From a virus: a stretch of 64,000 nucleotides of DNA. The notes under the pieces were generated by a model, which saw only the letters and a program-made list of their open reading frames with translations, was not told the DNA's origin and ran no database searches. The position numbers and the translations under genes were made by a program. The stretch is from IMG/VR virus record IMGVR_UViG_3300033153_013649, positions 1-64,000 of that record; one strand, given 5' to 3'. Below, piece after piece: positions 1-10,542 of this stretch (its first letter is position 1; each line of letters starts with the position of its first letter).

Positions 1-13
1 ATTAATACTAAAA

Positions 14-418
14 ATGATACGAGCAGCAAATTCTGAAGATTTTGTTGATTTTAAAGAAAACTTTGATGAAGTAATGATCGATAAAATGGATGATTACTTT
101 GAAGATCGATCAGAGAAGATGTTTCAAGAAACTAGAGGGAAAACTTTATTAGAAAGATTACTTTCAGATCCGCAAGTTGATTTACAAATTGTATTGAAAG
201 AAATTATTAAAAGAATCCCAGATGATCTCAAAAAATTAAAAACAATTAAAGATTCAGCTAAAGCTCTATTAAAAAAAGAATATTTAACAAGAGATGATAT
301 AATAACAAATATACTCGATCCATTAATGTTATCTCGTAGTACAGCTAATACAATGGCAATTGATATTAATAATATTTTAAAGAATTTAAAAAGATCACAG
401 AAACAACAAGGAATATAA
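14..418 (+). CDS. prohead core protein, gp67-like (may start upstream of the window)
   Basis: N-terminal helix (MIRAANSEDFVDFKENFDEVM) resembles T4 gp67; lies directly before gp21; frame is open to the window edge. Confidence 0.5.
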   Translation: MIRAANSEDFVDFKENFDEVMIDKMDDYFEDRSEKMFQETRGKTLLERLLSDPQVDLQIVLKEIIKRIPDDLKKLKTIKDSAKALLKKEYLTRDDIITNILDPLMLSRSTANTMAIDINNILKNLKRSQKQQGI

Positions 419-422
419 AATA

Positions 423-1085
423 ATGAATAATTTATTTCCTCTCTTCGAAATGGCTTGTGATATTGAACAAGACATTATTACCGAAGAAAAATCTGGTATT
501 AAAAATATCTATTTAAAAGGGATATATTCACAAGGGGATATTAAAAATAATAATAATCGATCTTATCCAACTTCTGTTTTAGAAAGAGAAATTAAAAAGC
601 TTCAACCTAAAATTTCTTCTGGAATTGGATACGGAGAATTCGGACATCCAAAAACTATTGAAGAAATAAAAGAAATTAATCCTTCAAATGTTTCTCATAG
701 GATCGTTGAAATTAAAAAAAATAAAAACGAATTTCTGGGTAAATCGGTTTTAATTCCCGAAGGTCTCGGAAAAATGGCTATTCAAATGGTTGAAACAGGA
801 GGAAAGTTAGCTATTTCTTCAAGAGGATTAGGATCAGTAAATCGTAAAACTGGAATTGTTGAAAGTAATTATAGAATGATTACGTACGATCTCTGTTTTG
901 ATCCTGGTATGCCAAAAGCACAACAAACTGCAATTATGGAATCGAAAGATTTCTTTTTAGGAGAAAGATATTTTACAGAAGAAGAATGGAAAGTAATAGA
1001 AAAAAATAGATCACGAATACTAGAAACAGCGTTTTTTAGAACTGATTTACTTTCTGGATTATTAAAAATTCGTGATTCGATTTAA
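423..1085 (+). CDS. gp21: prohead protease
   Basis: NNNRSY, GEFGHP, VSHRI and ISSRGLGS motifs of T4 gp21-type proteases; synteny 21-22-23. Confidence 0.95.
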   Translation: MNNLFPLFEMACDIEQDIITEEKSGIKNIYLKGIYSQGDIKNNNNRSYPTSVLEREIKKLQPKISSGIGYGEFGHPKTIEEIKEINPSNVSHRIVEIKKNKNEFLGKSVLIPEGLGKMAIQMVETGGKLAISSRGLGSVNRKTGIVESNYRMITYDLCFDPGMPKAQQTAIMESKDFFLGERYFTEEEWKVIEKNRSRILETAFFRTDLLSGLLKIRDSI

Positions 1086-1097
1086 AATATTTAAATT

Positions 1098-1105
1098 TAT
1101 AAATA
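1098..1105 (+). promoter_or_regulatory. T4-type late promoter
   Basis: Intergenic TATAAATA upstream of gp22. Confidence 0.75.
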
Positions 1106-1165
1106 ATATAAAGAAGTAATTGTAATATTAAAATATCATTTTAAAATTAAAGGGAATCAAATATA

Positions 1166-2056
1166 ATGGACAAAATCAAAATATTATTGGAAGAGCTTTC
1201 CAAAGATAAACCAGAAATTTTTGATAAAGATTTTTCTGATAAACTTTTTAAAGTAATTGAAGAAGTAGTCGAAGCTAAAGTAGAAGAAAAATATTCCAAA
1301 AAACTCGACGAAGAACTTTCCGAAGCAAAAACAAAGCTTGAGAAAGATTTGAGAACTCAAATTTCTGAAGAAACTAAAATTCAGATGAAAGAAGATCTTG
1401 ATAAATTAGTTAATACCCTTGATATTTTCTGTGAAGAAGCTTTTAAGGAATTTTCAGAGGAACATTCTGAAAAAATTGATGAATCAATTAAATCTAATGT
1501 TTCTTTAGATGTCGTTGAAAAACTTCGTGATGTTCTCGAAGAACATGGAATTAAATCTAATGAAACTCAGGTTAACGAAGAAGAATGGCAAGAAAAAGTT
1601 GATGCTTTAAACAGAACTATTGCTAATCTTACTCAAGAACTTTCTGAATCAAATCGTTCTAATGTCGCAAAAGAAGCCGTTGAAATCGTTGAAAGGCTTA
1701 CTGATGATTTAACTCTTGAACAAAAATCGAGAGTAACAAGACTTATTGAAGATTATGAAATCGATGATCTTGAACTATTTGAAAAGAAAGTTAAAAGTTT
1801 AATTAATCTTCTTGGATTATCTGAACAAGACGATGAAGATGAAGATGAAGAAGATGAAGATGAAGATAAAAACGGAAAGAAGAAAAAAGACAGAGAAAAG
1901 GTAAAAGAAGACTTTCTTAGAAATTCCGAAGAAAAAGAAGATAATAAGAACGTTTTAACTGAAAAAATTCCAGCTTTTACTGGAGTTACTAGCGGTCCTA
2001 ATCTAATGTCTAGAGTTAAACTTAATTTAGCCAAAAAACTGTATGAAGAAAAATAA
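1166..2056 (+). CDS. gp22: prohead scaffold/core protein
   Basis: Glu-rich coiled coil with many (L/I)xE sites, between gp21 and gp23. Confidence 0.85.
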   Translation: MDKIKILLEELSKDKPEIFDKDFSDKLFKVIEEVVEAKVEEKYSKKLDEELSEAKTKLEKDLRTQISEETKIQMKEDLDKLVNTLDIFCEEAFKEFSEEHSEKIDESIKSNVSLDVVEKLRDVLEEHGIKSNETQVNEEEWQEKVDALNRTIANLTQELSESNRSNVAKEAVEIVERLTDDLTLEQKSRVTRLIEDYEIDDLELFEKKVKSLINLLGLSEQDDEDEDEEDEDEDKNGKKKKDREKVKEDFLRNSEEKEDNKNVLTEKIPAFTGVTSGPNLMSRVKLNLAKKLYEEK

Positions 2057-2085
2057 TAATGATCATCATCTAAAAAAATTAAAAT

Positions 2086-2093
2086 TATAAATA
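2086..2093 (+). promoter_or_regulatory. T4-type late promoter
   Basis: TATAAATA upstream of the major capsid gene. Confidence 0.8.
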
Positions 2094-2139
2094 GTAATGT
2101 ACTATGAAATATTGAACTTACAAATAAGGATTATAAAAA

Positions 2140-3687
2140 ATGCAAAAAGATAAAAATTTGAAAGATGTAATCATAGATTCTTATATTGAAAGTCTTTCCG
2201 AAGATAAATTATTTTCTAATGAACGAATAAAGGAAACTACTCGTATTATTCTTGAGAATCAATTTAATGATTTCGTCGAAACTACAAAAATTAGTCCGAA
2301 TAGAATCGCTGCACAATTAGTAGACAAAGAAGTTCTTGAATCTGCTGGTTTAACTGAAGTAGCTTCTTCGTATAGTTCTCAAGGAACTGAAGCGGCAGCC
2401 GGAGATATTGCACGATTCGGAGAAATTTATATGCCTATTGCAGCTAAAGTTATTCCGAGTCTCGTTATTAATAATATGGTCGGTGTACAACCGATGACTC
2501 AACCGAACGGCTTTGTATATGCAATGAGAGCTTTCTATGGAACAGGACCTTACGATTCAACTTCAGATCGTCAGGGAGCAAAATATCCGGGTTCGTCTGC
2601 TGCTATTGGCGATACTCAAATTATTAAAGTTGCTTCAGCTACAGGAATTTCAAAAGGTTCTTATCTTATTGATTCGGGAGATGCAGTAGAAGCTCTTGTA
2701 CTTCATATTGAAGATACGCTGATTGTAGTAAAGCATCTTAAAGCTTCAGTATTCGCCGTTTCTGACTCAATTGAAATTCAATCGGCTGCCGATCAAACTT
2801 ATTCCGGTGAAGATACAACCATTTCAGCAGTTTATACAAATGAAATAGCACAATCTCAAGGATTGTTTAAATATTATTCTGGATATTCTGGAACTTCTGC
2901 TTATACAACCGATCAAGGTATGTATGCAACTGATGTTGGTCAAGTAAATATCAAAATTGAAAGATCTACAGTAGAAGCTAAGACTCGTCAGCTCTTCGCT
3001 GAATATCCAATTGAAGCAGAACAAGATTTAAGAGCGATTCATAAACGTGATCTTCGGGCTGAACTTTCTGAACTTACTGCTGGAACAATTGTAAATGAAA
3101 TAGCAAAAGAATTTATTGACGAAATTGATGCAGGTGCTGATTCCGGTGGATCAACTACCGTTTCTTATGCTTCAGACCTCGATGGAAGATGGGAATCTGA
3201 AAAATTCCGTTCACTTTTTACTCGTCTTGTAAAGCTTTCTAATGATATTGCTATTGATACTCGTCTTGGACCGGGTAATTTTATTATTGCTTCTTCTGGA
3301 GTAACAACTGCTCTTTCTCAGTTAGATGGATTTAGTGCACATCCTCTTCCAAATCAAGCTACTTTTAATAATATTTCTAAAATAGGAGCTGATTGGTATG
3401 TGGGTAATATCGCAGGTATGTTCGATGTATATCGTGATATTTGGGCAACAACTGAATATGCAGTAGTTGGACGTAAAGGACCTAATGAATGGGACGCTGG
3501 AGTATTTTTCTTGCCTTATGTTCCTCTTCAGTTCTTTGCAGGAGTTACTCAAGAGAATTTACAGCCTAAGATGAAATTCATGAGCCGTTATGGAAAAATT
3601 GGACACATCTTGAGAACCAACAACGACGTTGCTGACTCTCGTTATTATAGAAAACTCACAGTTTCTGATATGTGGCCGGTTGCATAA
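2140..3687 (+). CDS. gp23: major capsid protein
   Basis: ILENQ, GVQPMTQPNG, VEAKTRQL, QDLRAIH, GNFIIAS, PYVPL and SRYG motifs; probable maturation site GLTE near residue 73. Confidence 0.97.
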   Translation: MQKDKNLKDVIIDSYIESLSEDKLFSNERIKETTRIILENQFNDFVETTKISPNRIAAQLVDKEVLESAGLTEVASSYSSQGTEAAAGDIARFGEIYMPIAAKVIPSLVINNMVGVQPMTQPNGFVYAMRAFYGTGPYDSTSDRQGAKYPGSSAAIGDTQIIKVASATGISKGSYLIDSGDAVEALVLHIEDTLIVVKHLKASVFAVSDSIEIQSAADQTYSGEDTTISAVYTNEIAQSQGLFKYYSGYSGTSAYTTDQGMYATDVGQVNIKIERSTVEAKTRQLFAEYPIEAEQDLRAIHKRDLRAELSELTAGTIVNEIAKEFIDEIDAGADSGGSTTVSYASDLDGRWESEKFRSLFTRLVKLSNDIAIDTRLGPGNFIIASSGVTTALSQLDGFSAHPLPNQATFNNISKIGADWYVGNIAGMFDVYRDIWATTEYAVVGRKGPNEWDAGVFFLPYVPLQFFAGVTQENLQPKMKFMSRYGKIGHILRTNNDVADSRYYRKLTVSDMWPVA

Positions 3688-3712
3688 AATAAAGATTGAA
3701 ATTGAACAAATT

Positions 3713-3749
3713 AATAATCCCAGGAAACTTCTGGGATTATTTTTGTTTT
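3713..3749 (+). terminator. intrinsic terminator after gp23
   Basis: Stem AATAATCCCAG/CTGGGATTATT followed by a T-tract. Confidence 0.85.
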
Positions 3750-3803
3750 AAATTATATATATTAAGGTAAAGATAAACTTCATGACAAAATAAGGAAAGA
3801 AAA

Positions 3804-5294
3804 TTGTTTATAAGAGAATTTAAAGGGCTTCTTAAAGAAAAATATAATAAAGATATATCCAATTTTAATAATAAATCTTTAATAAATATTATTCGGCATC
3901 AAGGAATTTCAAACCTTTTATTTAAAGAAATAGAGGTTAATAATATAGGGGAAGGTTTATATTGTATTTTAAACGAGATTAAAGAAAAACCTAAATGTTT
4001 TTGTGGAAAAGAACTAAAATATATTAATTTTTCAAAAGGATATAGAGAATTTTGTTCTTTAAAATGTAAAACAAAAGGTGTTAGAAATAGAACTGTTCAA
4101 ACCTGTCTTAAAAAATATGGAACAACTACTCCATTATCAAATAAAAAGATACGACAAAAAAGCATTAATACCTGGATGAAAAAATATGGGGTTAATAATC
4201 CTTCTAAATCAAAAGAAATTATTCAAAAACTTCAAAAAAAATCAAAAAATACTTTAAAAAAAGAATTTTATAATTCATTATTCGACGAGAGATTAAATAA
4301 AAAAATTAAACCATTATTTAAATTTGAAGAATATGAAGACGTAAAAAAAGAATATTTCTGGGAATGTTTACAATGTAATAATAAATTTTATAGTAATATC
4401 ATATCAGGAAAAATACCAAGATGTCCAAAATGTTTTCCGAGAGATTCATCTTTTTTAGAAAAAGAAATTATAAACTTTATTATTTCTATAATTGGAACCG
4501 AAAAAATTAAAATTAATGATCGATCTTTTATATATCCTTATGAATTAGATACAGTAATTCCTTCTAAGAAGATAGCTATAGAATTCAATGGATTATATAG
4601 TCATTCCGAATTAAGCGGAAAAGATAGAAACTATCATTTGAATAAAACCGAAAAGTGTAAGGAAAAAGGCTATCAATTGATACAAATCTTTGAAGACGAA
4701 TGGCTAGACAAACAAGAAATAGTTAAAAGTATTTTAAAAGCTAAATTAGATTTATTTGACAGAAGAATTTATGCAAGAAAATGTATAATTAAAGAAGTAA
4801 GTAATAAAAAATCCCGGGATTTTCTTGAAAAAAATCATATCCAAGGACCAATTAATTCTTCCATAAACTATGGACTTTATTATGAAGAAGAATTAATATC
4901 TTTAGTTTGTTTTTCTAAATCCAGATTCTCTAAAAATTATGATTATGAATTATTAAGATTTTGTACTTCTTTAAATATTCAAGTAATAGGAGGATTTTCT
5001 AAACTCTTAAAATATTTTCAAAAAGTTAAACCAGAAGCAAACTTGATTTCATATTGTGATATTAGATACTCAAACGGCCAAGGATATTTAAATTCTGGAT
5101 GGAAACTTTTATATCAATCAAAACCAAATTATTGGTATTTTAATCAAAATCGAATTTTAGAATCAAGAATGAAATATCAAAAACACAAAATACCAAATGT
5201 AAATTTAAGCTTGACCGAATGGGAAAATATGCAGTTAAATGGATATGATAGAATATGGGATTGTGGGAACTTGGTTTTTTGTTTTTATAAATAA
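3804..5294 (+). mobile_element. free-standing homing-endonuclease-like gene (Zn ribbons, KYG repeats, Vsr-like PD-(D/E)XK domain)
   Basis: CxCG and CPKC motifs, KKYG repeats, ELD..IP.KKIAIEFNGLY.H, IFEDEW, C-terminal RIWDCG; TTG start uncertain. Confidence 0.8.
5286..5293 (+). promoter_or_regulatory. T4-type late promoter
   Basis: TATAAATA overlapping the last codons of the endonuclease gene, upstream of the neck genes. Confidence 0.7.
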
Positions 5295-5382
5295 TTAAAA
5301 GAAGTTTTATTCAGTTGAGGGGTAAGGTTTTTCTTCTCCTTTACTTACCCCTTCTTCTGATATTAAATAAAAAGGAAATATT

Positions 5383-5763
5383 ATGGAATTTATATTTACA
5401 AGATTAAGACCAAATATAAAATCATCAATGACTTTTTCTGATTATAGACCTCATAGATATATAACTTTTATTCCTGGTGAATGGAAGAAAGTACATCCTT
5501 CCGTTTTTCAGAATAATAAAAAATATTTAGAATTAAAAAGAAAAACTGAATCTATATTAAAAACCGAAGAAAGAGAAGATTCTGAAGCATCCGAAGAATT
5601 AATCGAAATTCTTACCGATAAAGCTCCAGATGCTCTCGAAGTAGAAATTGAAGAAATGGACGGAGAAGTTGAACCGGAAAAAGCTTGGACAATTGAGGAT
5701 ATGCCTCCCGGATTATCTTATTATAAACAACGCAAATGGAAGAAAGAAAAAGGACTTTTATAA
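5383..5763 (+). CDS. hypothetical late protein
   Basis: 126-aa ORF with AAGGA RBS; its stop overlaps the gp13 start. Confidence 0.6.
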   Translation: MEFIFTRLRPNIKSSMTFSDYRPHRYITFIPGEWKKVHPSVFQNNKKYLELKRKTESILKTEEREDSEASEELIEILTDKAPDALEVEIEEMDGEVEPEKAWTIEDMPPGLSYYKQRKWKKEKGLL

Positions 5764-6434
5764 TGTCTAAAGCAAATCCAACAAATTTATCTGAATTAAA
5801 AGATTATATAAAAGCTAAACTCGGTTATCCTATAGTTTCAATTGAAATTGATGACGATCAGTTAAATATTGTTATAGCTGATACTTTAGAAAAATTTTAT
5901 GAATATAATTATGATGGATCTGAAGAAAAATTTATTGAAATAACAATTGAAGCAACTTCTGTTTCGAATGGAGAATATGTTTTTGATGGAAGTACAGACC
6001 CGGATAATATTATTGCTATTAAAAAGGTTTGGGGATATGATACAATTGTCGAAGCATCATTAAGAGGAACTACTGAATCCTTTTATCAAATTATGAAAAA
6101 TAAAGAATATAAATTTGATTATAATCCCTATAATAATACTCTTCGAATATTCGATCAATTAGATACAGATAGAAAATTTTTAATTGCATATTTAGTTCCT
6201 ATAAATGCAGAATCTAATCCTTCTGTATATAATGATAAAACAGTTAAACAATATGCAACAGCACTAGCTAAAGTACAATGGGGAACAAATTTAGGAAAAT
6301 ACGGATCAGTAATTCTTCCTGGAGATATGGAATTAAAGGGAGATGATATATTAACTGAAGGTAAAGAAGAGCTTGAAAGAGCAGAAGAATCAATGGATAG
6401 TCATTCGTTCCCTGCTTTACCTATAATAGCTTAA
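5763..6434 (+). CDS. gp13: neck protein (head-tail adaptor)
   Basis: ELKDYIKAKLGYP..IE.DDDQ and KQYATALAKVQWGTNLGKY motifs; start moved from 5736 to ATG 5763 (TAATG coupling). Confidence 0.92.
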   Translation: MSKANPTNLSELKDYIKAKLGYPIVSIEIDDDQLNIVIADTLEKFYEYNYDGSEEKFIEITIEATSVSNGEYVFDGSTDPDNIIAIKKVWGYDTIVEASLRGTTESFYQIMKNKEYKFDYNPYNNTLRIFDQLDTDRKFLIAYLVPINAESNPSVYNDKTVKQYATALAKVQWGTNLGKYGSVILPGDMELKGDDILTEGKEELERAEESMDSHSFPALPIIA

Positions 6435-6454
6435 AAAAATTATAAGGAAAAAAT

Positions 6455-6787
6455 ATGAAATATAGAGAAATTTTAGAAGTTAAAAAAGAGAAAAAAGATG
6501 TCCAGTATTTTTTCGATGAATTAGGAGATCTGGATGATACCCGGGCGCTAGGATTTTATGGGATTTTAAAAGATAATACATACTATCTTTTGAGTTCTGA
6601 TAGTGAAAATCCATCTATTTTTCAGAAAGCTACCCCAAAAGATCAAAAAAGATTAAAAATGCATTTTAAAAAGAAATTAATGCGTTTTGTCGATAAGAAA
6701 GAATTTCAAACTGCATTAGCGGGGGAATTTCATGGAAAAACTATAAAGATTGAAGATAAAACCCGTGGTTGGTCAGAAGGAGAATAA
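6455..6787 (+). CDS. putative internal head protein (capsid-targeting-like N-terminus)
   Basis: Starts MKYREILE; AAGGA RBS. Confidence 0.5.
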   Translation: MKYREILEVKKEKKDVQYFFDELGDLDDTRALGFYGILKDNTYYLLSSDSENPSIFQKATPKDQKRLKMHFKKKLMRFVDKKEFQTALAGEFHGKTIKIEDKTRGWSEGE

Positions 6788-6827
6788 ATATTATTCTTTA
6801 CCAATAATGATATAAGGAATAAAAGTA

Positions 6828-7454
6828 ATGACTAAACCTGCAAACGCTTCGAAATGGTTTTCTTTCAATACTGATCATTTAGTTGATTATCAGAAAGCTT
6901 GTTTCGGAGAAGCAGTAAATCTTTTTGGCTGGAATTGTAAATATCTTCCAATAGAATTTGTAGAAGGGGATATTAATTGGGTATTCGGAGAAATTCCAAA
7001 GATCAAATATACTCAAGCTTTTGACTTAAGAATTCATATTGTTGGATATAAAGAATTATATGAAGCAATCGGTGATTACACTAAATTCGGTATGTTATTA
7101 ATGCCAGAAGGTTTAAAAGCTACCGTAGGAAAAGATGATTATAGAAGTATCGTAATTGATGGATCTGGAAATTTTATAAATCCACATCCGGGAGATCTGA
7201 TTATGTTTAGAATTCATAAAGATGACATAATCTTAGAAGTTACTGATGTTGGATTAATGTTTGATTCATATTACGATTTAGATCTTAAATTATATAACTA
7301 TGATGCTCTTACTACTATTAGTACTGATACTCCAGCAGATAATATTGATATTCCAGAAGATTTTCCATCTGATAATAATAATGAAAAGATAGAAGAGCAA
7401 AATGAACAATATCAGGATCACACAAAACGACATCAAACCTGGGGAGCTTATTAA
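6828..7454 (+). CDS. gp14: neck protein (head closure)
   Basis: EAVNLFG..CKYLP, FGE, KFG and PGDLI motifs; synteny 13-14-15. Confidence 0.85.
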   Translation: MTKPANASKWFSFNTDHLVDYQKACFGEAVNLFGWNCKYLPIEFVEGDINWVFGEIPKIKYTQAFDLRIHIVGYKELYEAIGDYTKFGMLLMPEGLKATVGKDDYRSIVIDGSGNFINPHPGDLIMFRIHKDDIILEVTDVGLMFDSYYDLDLKLYNYDALTTISTDTPADNIDIPEDFPSDNNNEKIEEQNEQYQDHTKRHQTWGAY

Positions 7455-7816
7455 TGGGAAGATTTAAAGAATTATTAGAAGCAAAAGTTCCAAATGCTAA
7501 AACAATTGCTCAAAAAATTGTAAAAGAATTGAAAGGACCAGGATTTGGAATGACCGAAGCAGGAGGAAACGGACGAGCAATAGTAAAAGGATCAAATTTT
7601 CAAGTTTGGAATTCATATTATTATGATCGAAATAAGCAGCTAGCTAATCTTTATGACGGATGGAATCCTAAAGGAAAAAATCCTTATTATGCAAATTACT
7701 TTGGTGAAAAATATAATGTAGATTTTAAAATAGTAAAAGACGGAGAAAAAGATGAAGTAAAAAGAGATCTTTCTTGGGTATGGATAGAAATTAAAGTGAT
7801 TCCAAAAGGAGAATAA
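7454..7816 (+). CDS. putative internal head protein
   Basis: Starts MGRFKELLE; TAATG-coupled to both gp14 and gp15. Confidence 0.5.
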   Translation: MGRFKELLEAKVPNAKTIAQKIVKELKGPGFGMTEAGGNGRAIVKGSNFQVWNSYYYDRNKQLANLYDGWNPKGKNPYYANYFGEKYNVDFKIVKDGEKDEVKRDLSWVWIEIKVIPKGE

Positions 7817-8670
7817 TGGCATATTATCATTTTAAAATTTTGGAAAAAATCACCAGCGGAATATTAGATCTTTTTAATGAAATATATATTAAAAAATGGA
7901 AATGGATCGGAGGGAGTTCTCAGTGGGAACTTCAAGATCATTTAGTTCCTATTGAAATAGCTACAAAAGGTAGAATTATTCGAGAATATGAAAATATTAA
8001 ATCTGGAACCATTCGAACCGGGGGAGCAGTAAAAAGACAAGCTAATATTCCTAGAATGGCTTTAATGCTTATAGATTTGAATTCAAAAGTTGAATTTAAA
8101 AATAGTTCTTTAAATCTAGTTAAAGGAGCTACAGCAAATGAATTAGGAATTTTGAAATATGTTCAAGCTCCCTTATGGTTACAAGGATCTTATGAATTAT
8201 CAATTATCACTAGAACTCTGGATGAAATGAGTCAGATCATAGAACAGATATTACCTAGATTCAATCCTCATTTTCCTATAAATGTTCGTATAATTCCAGA
8301 AATTGATTTAACAGTTTCTCTACCAATTACAGTTGAAGCAGCCGTTCCCTTTGAAATTGAAGAAGACTTAGATAAAGAATCAATTAGATTTATCCAAGCA
8401 ACTTTACAAGTTTTGGCTCCAATGCCAATATTTTCTCCATTAACAGAGGGGAAAATTATAAAAAAGATAATATCAAGTTTTGGTACACTAAATGCAGATG
8501 GAACTTACGCTTTACAAGAAATATTTAATGATTTTGCTTTCGATGGAGGGGCTGGAGCAGTTGAAACCTATACTTCAGAAGCAACTTTTGAATGGGATAC
8601 AGATATTGATGCTTCTGGAGCAATAGCTGAAGCAATATTATCAGAAACAACATTTACAATAAACGCATAA
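7816..8670 (+). CDS. gp15: tail sheath terminator/stabiliser
   Basis: YYH..LFN, VPI, IPRM and QIIEQILPRFNP motifs. Confidence 0.92.
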   Translation: MAYYHFKILEKITSGILDLFNEIYIKKWKWIGGSSQWELQDHLVPIEIATKGRIIREYENIKSGTIRTGGAVKRQANIPRMALMLIDLNSKVEFKNSSLNLVKGATANELGILKYVQAPLWLQGSYELSIITRTLDEMSQIIEQILPRFNPHFPINVRIIPEIDLTVSLPITVEAAVPFEIEEDLDKESIRFIQATLQVLAPMPIFSPLTEGKIIKKIISSFGTLNADGTYALQEIFNDFAFDGGAGAVETYTSEATFEWDTDIDASGAIAEAILSETTFTINA

Positions 8671-8683
8671 AAGAGGACAAAAA

Positions 8684-8896
8684 ATGAAATTTTCAGAAAT
8701 AATAAACGAAGAAACTCCTAAAAATATTGAAAATACTCAACTGTTAGCTGATATTGCAAAAAATGTTGGTGACTTGAAAGCAATATTAAAGGACGTAGAT
8801 GATCCAATGGAGTATTTTAAAAATATGAAATTAAAAGAAGGCAAAGTGTTTCTTAAGAAATTAAGAGCTCTTGTTGACCATTTAATGAAAATATAA
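8684..8896 (+). CDS. putative internal head protein
   Basis: Starts MKFSEIINE; GAGGA RBS. Confidence 0.5.
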   Translation: MKFSEIINEETPKNIENTQLLADIAKNVGDLKAILKDVDDPMEYFKNMKLKEGKVFLKKLRALVDHLMKI

Positions 8897-8908
8897 AGGG
8901 AATAAATT

Positions 8909-9337
8909 ATGGCTCAAGCAGAAAGTTGGACATTAGAAGGATGGAAGAAAATTCTAGATCAGTTCTTTAAAATTTCAGGAACAGATTCAGAAGATCTAGA
9001 ACTTATCTTTTTTTCCAATAATTTTACTCCAACAGTAAATACACAAAACTCAGACTTAACTGTAATAAATGATAATGGATTAGAAAATCAAGATCTTGTC
9101 AGAGCAACCTGGCAATCAGCTGATGATGATGGAAATGATATTGTTTATAGTGATTATGATACAAATCCTATAGTTCTTAATATTACAGGTACTCAAAATT
9201 GTTATGGATGGGCAATTAGAGGGAAAACAAGTAATGTAATTTATTATGCTAAAAATCATGGATTAAAATCATTAGAAAATAGTGACACCGTCACAATGAA
9301 TAATTTTAATATGAGAATTAAAATCGTCCCATCATAA
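8909..9337 (+). CDS. putative virion structural beta-sandwich protein
   Basis: Asn/Thr/Asp-rich; L.FFSNNFTP and YGWAI patterns recall small tail/collar proteins; late region. Confidence 0.4.
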   Translation: MAQAESWTLEGWKKILDQFFKISGTDSEDLELIFFSNNFTPTVNTQNSDLTVINDNGLENQDLVRATWQSADDDGNDIVYSDYDTNPIVLNITGTQNCYGWAIRGKTSNVIYYAKNHGLKSLENSDTVTMNNFNMRIKIVPS

Positions 9338-9356
9338 ACAAAAAAGGAATTAAAAA

Positions 9357-9815
9357 ATGAGTAAATTTATTAAAGAATTTTTAGAAGATTATATAACAGT
9401 AACTACAGAAAAACGCCTTGCAAACGCTCGAGCTGGATTTGATCAAGAAATAAATGAACCAGAACTCTTCGAAGAAATGATTAAAGCTAAGGGGCAATTA
9501 GAAAAAGCAATGGAAAGACTTTTTGAGGTTGATATTACTCTAACCGAAGGAAAAGGGCTTCTTGGTCGTTATTCAATGAGTTTTACTGGGACTGTTAACC
9601 TAAAAGGATTACCAAAATTATTTTCCGGTATTATGAAAAAAGCCAAAATCAGTCTTAGTACTAGTACTGGAAATCCATTTTCGAAAACTCCAGATATTAT
9701 TTATCTAGATGTAGAAGATAATCAAGGAAGACAAATAATTGGCGCTAAACCCGTCGGATATACAAGATATAATCTAAAAACTAAGAAATGGCTTATGAAG
9801 AAAGAAAGATTTTAA
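9357..9815 (+). CDS. putative internal head protein
   Basis: Starts MSKFIKEFLE with a second LTE site; AAGGA RBS. Confidence 0.45.
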   Translation: MSKFIKEFLEDYITVTTEKRLANARAGFDQEINEPELFEEMIKAKGQLEKAMERLFEVDITLTEGKGLLGRYSMSFTGTVNLKGLPKLFSGIMKKAKISLSTSTGNPFSKTPDIIYLDVEDNQGRQIIGAKPVGYTRYNLKTKKWLMKKERF

Positions 9816-9820
9816 TTAAT

Positions 9821-10492
9821 ATGAACCGATTCAGAAAAATATATCTTAGAGAAAAAAGATCTCATCCTGATATAAATAAAAAAATATCTGGATATGAAGC
9901 TTTATTGCCGTATAAAAATGATCCAGATATTTATATTTCTTATACTTCTCTCAAAAAAATCGGTATAAATCCGAGTTCAAAATATAATACCCCGATTGGA
10001 ATTTATACTTATCCATTAAAAGAAATATTTCCTATGATAGCAAAAGCTGCAGATTCAGGAAACGTTCCTTTTGGTGGAAATAATCCTTATATTTGGATTT
10101 TAAGATCTAAAAATAAAAAAATTTTTGTAAAAGATGTATATAAATATTCTTCAAAAGATTATAATAGAGACATAAAAAAGATAAAAAAATTATATAGTAA
10201 TCTTAAATTTGTAAAGTACAATAACATAGATTCATTAATAAAGTATAGTATAGAAGAAGTTGATTTTAAATCTCCTTTTAGAATATTCTGGAATATTACA
10301 AGAAATCTAAGTTCAGCTATTAATCCAGGAAATGCAAATAAAACTTGGAACTCTGTTCTTAGAAAATTAGGATATACTGGATTCGCTGATAAATCGGGAT
10401 GGGGTTTTATTCATGAAGCTGAACGAATTCAAGCTGTATTTCTATCAAAAGATGCTTTTACTATCGAAGAAATGATTAATAATATTCCTTAA
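9821..10492 (+). CDS. putative internal head protein, possibly ADP-ribosyltransferase-like
   Basis: In-frame ATG at 9821 (MNRFRKIYLRE) avoids overlap with the previous gene; GIYTYP and LGYTGFAD..IHEAERIQAVFL motifs. Confidence 0.4.
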   Translation: MNRFRKIYLREKRSHPDINKKISGYEALLPYKNDPDIYISYTSLKKIGINPSSKYNTPIGIYTYPLKEIFPMIAKAADSGNVPFGGNNPYIWILRSKNKKIFVKDVYKYSSKDYNRDIKKIKKLYSNLKFVKYNNIDSLIKYSIEEVDFKSPFRIFWNITRNLSSAINPGNANKTWNSVLRKLGYTGFADKSGWGFIHEAERIQAVFLSKDAFTIEEMINNIP

Positions 10493-10542
10493 AAATACTA
10501 ATATAATTTACCATCCAATAAACGGAATTATAAAATAAAATT

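Noticed and set aside
1753-2034. Minus-strand poly-Ser ORF, and the other short ORFs nested in or antisense to long genes
   Set aside because: Shadows of the coding strand (here the GAT/GAA acidic tract of gp22); no RBS, promoter or motif support
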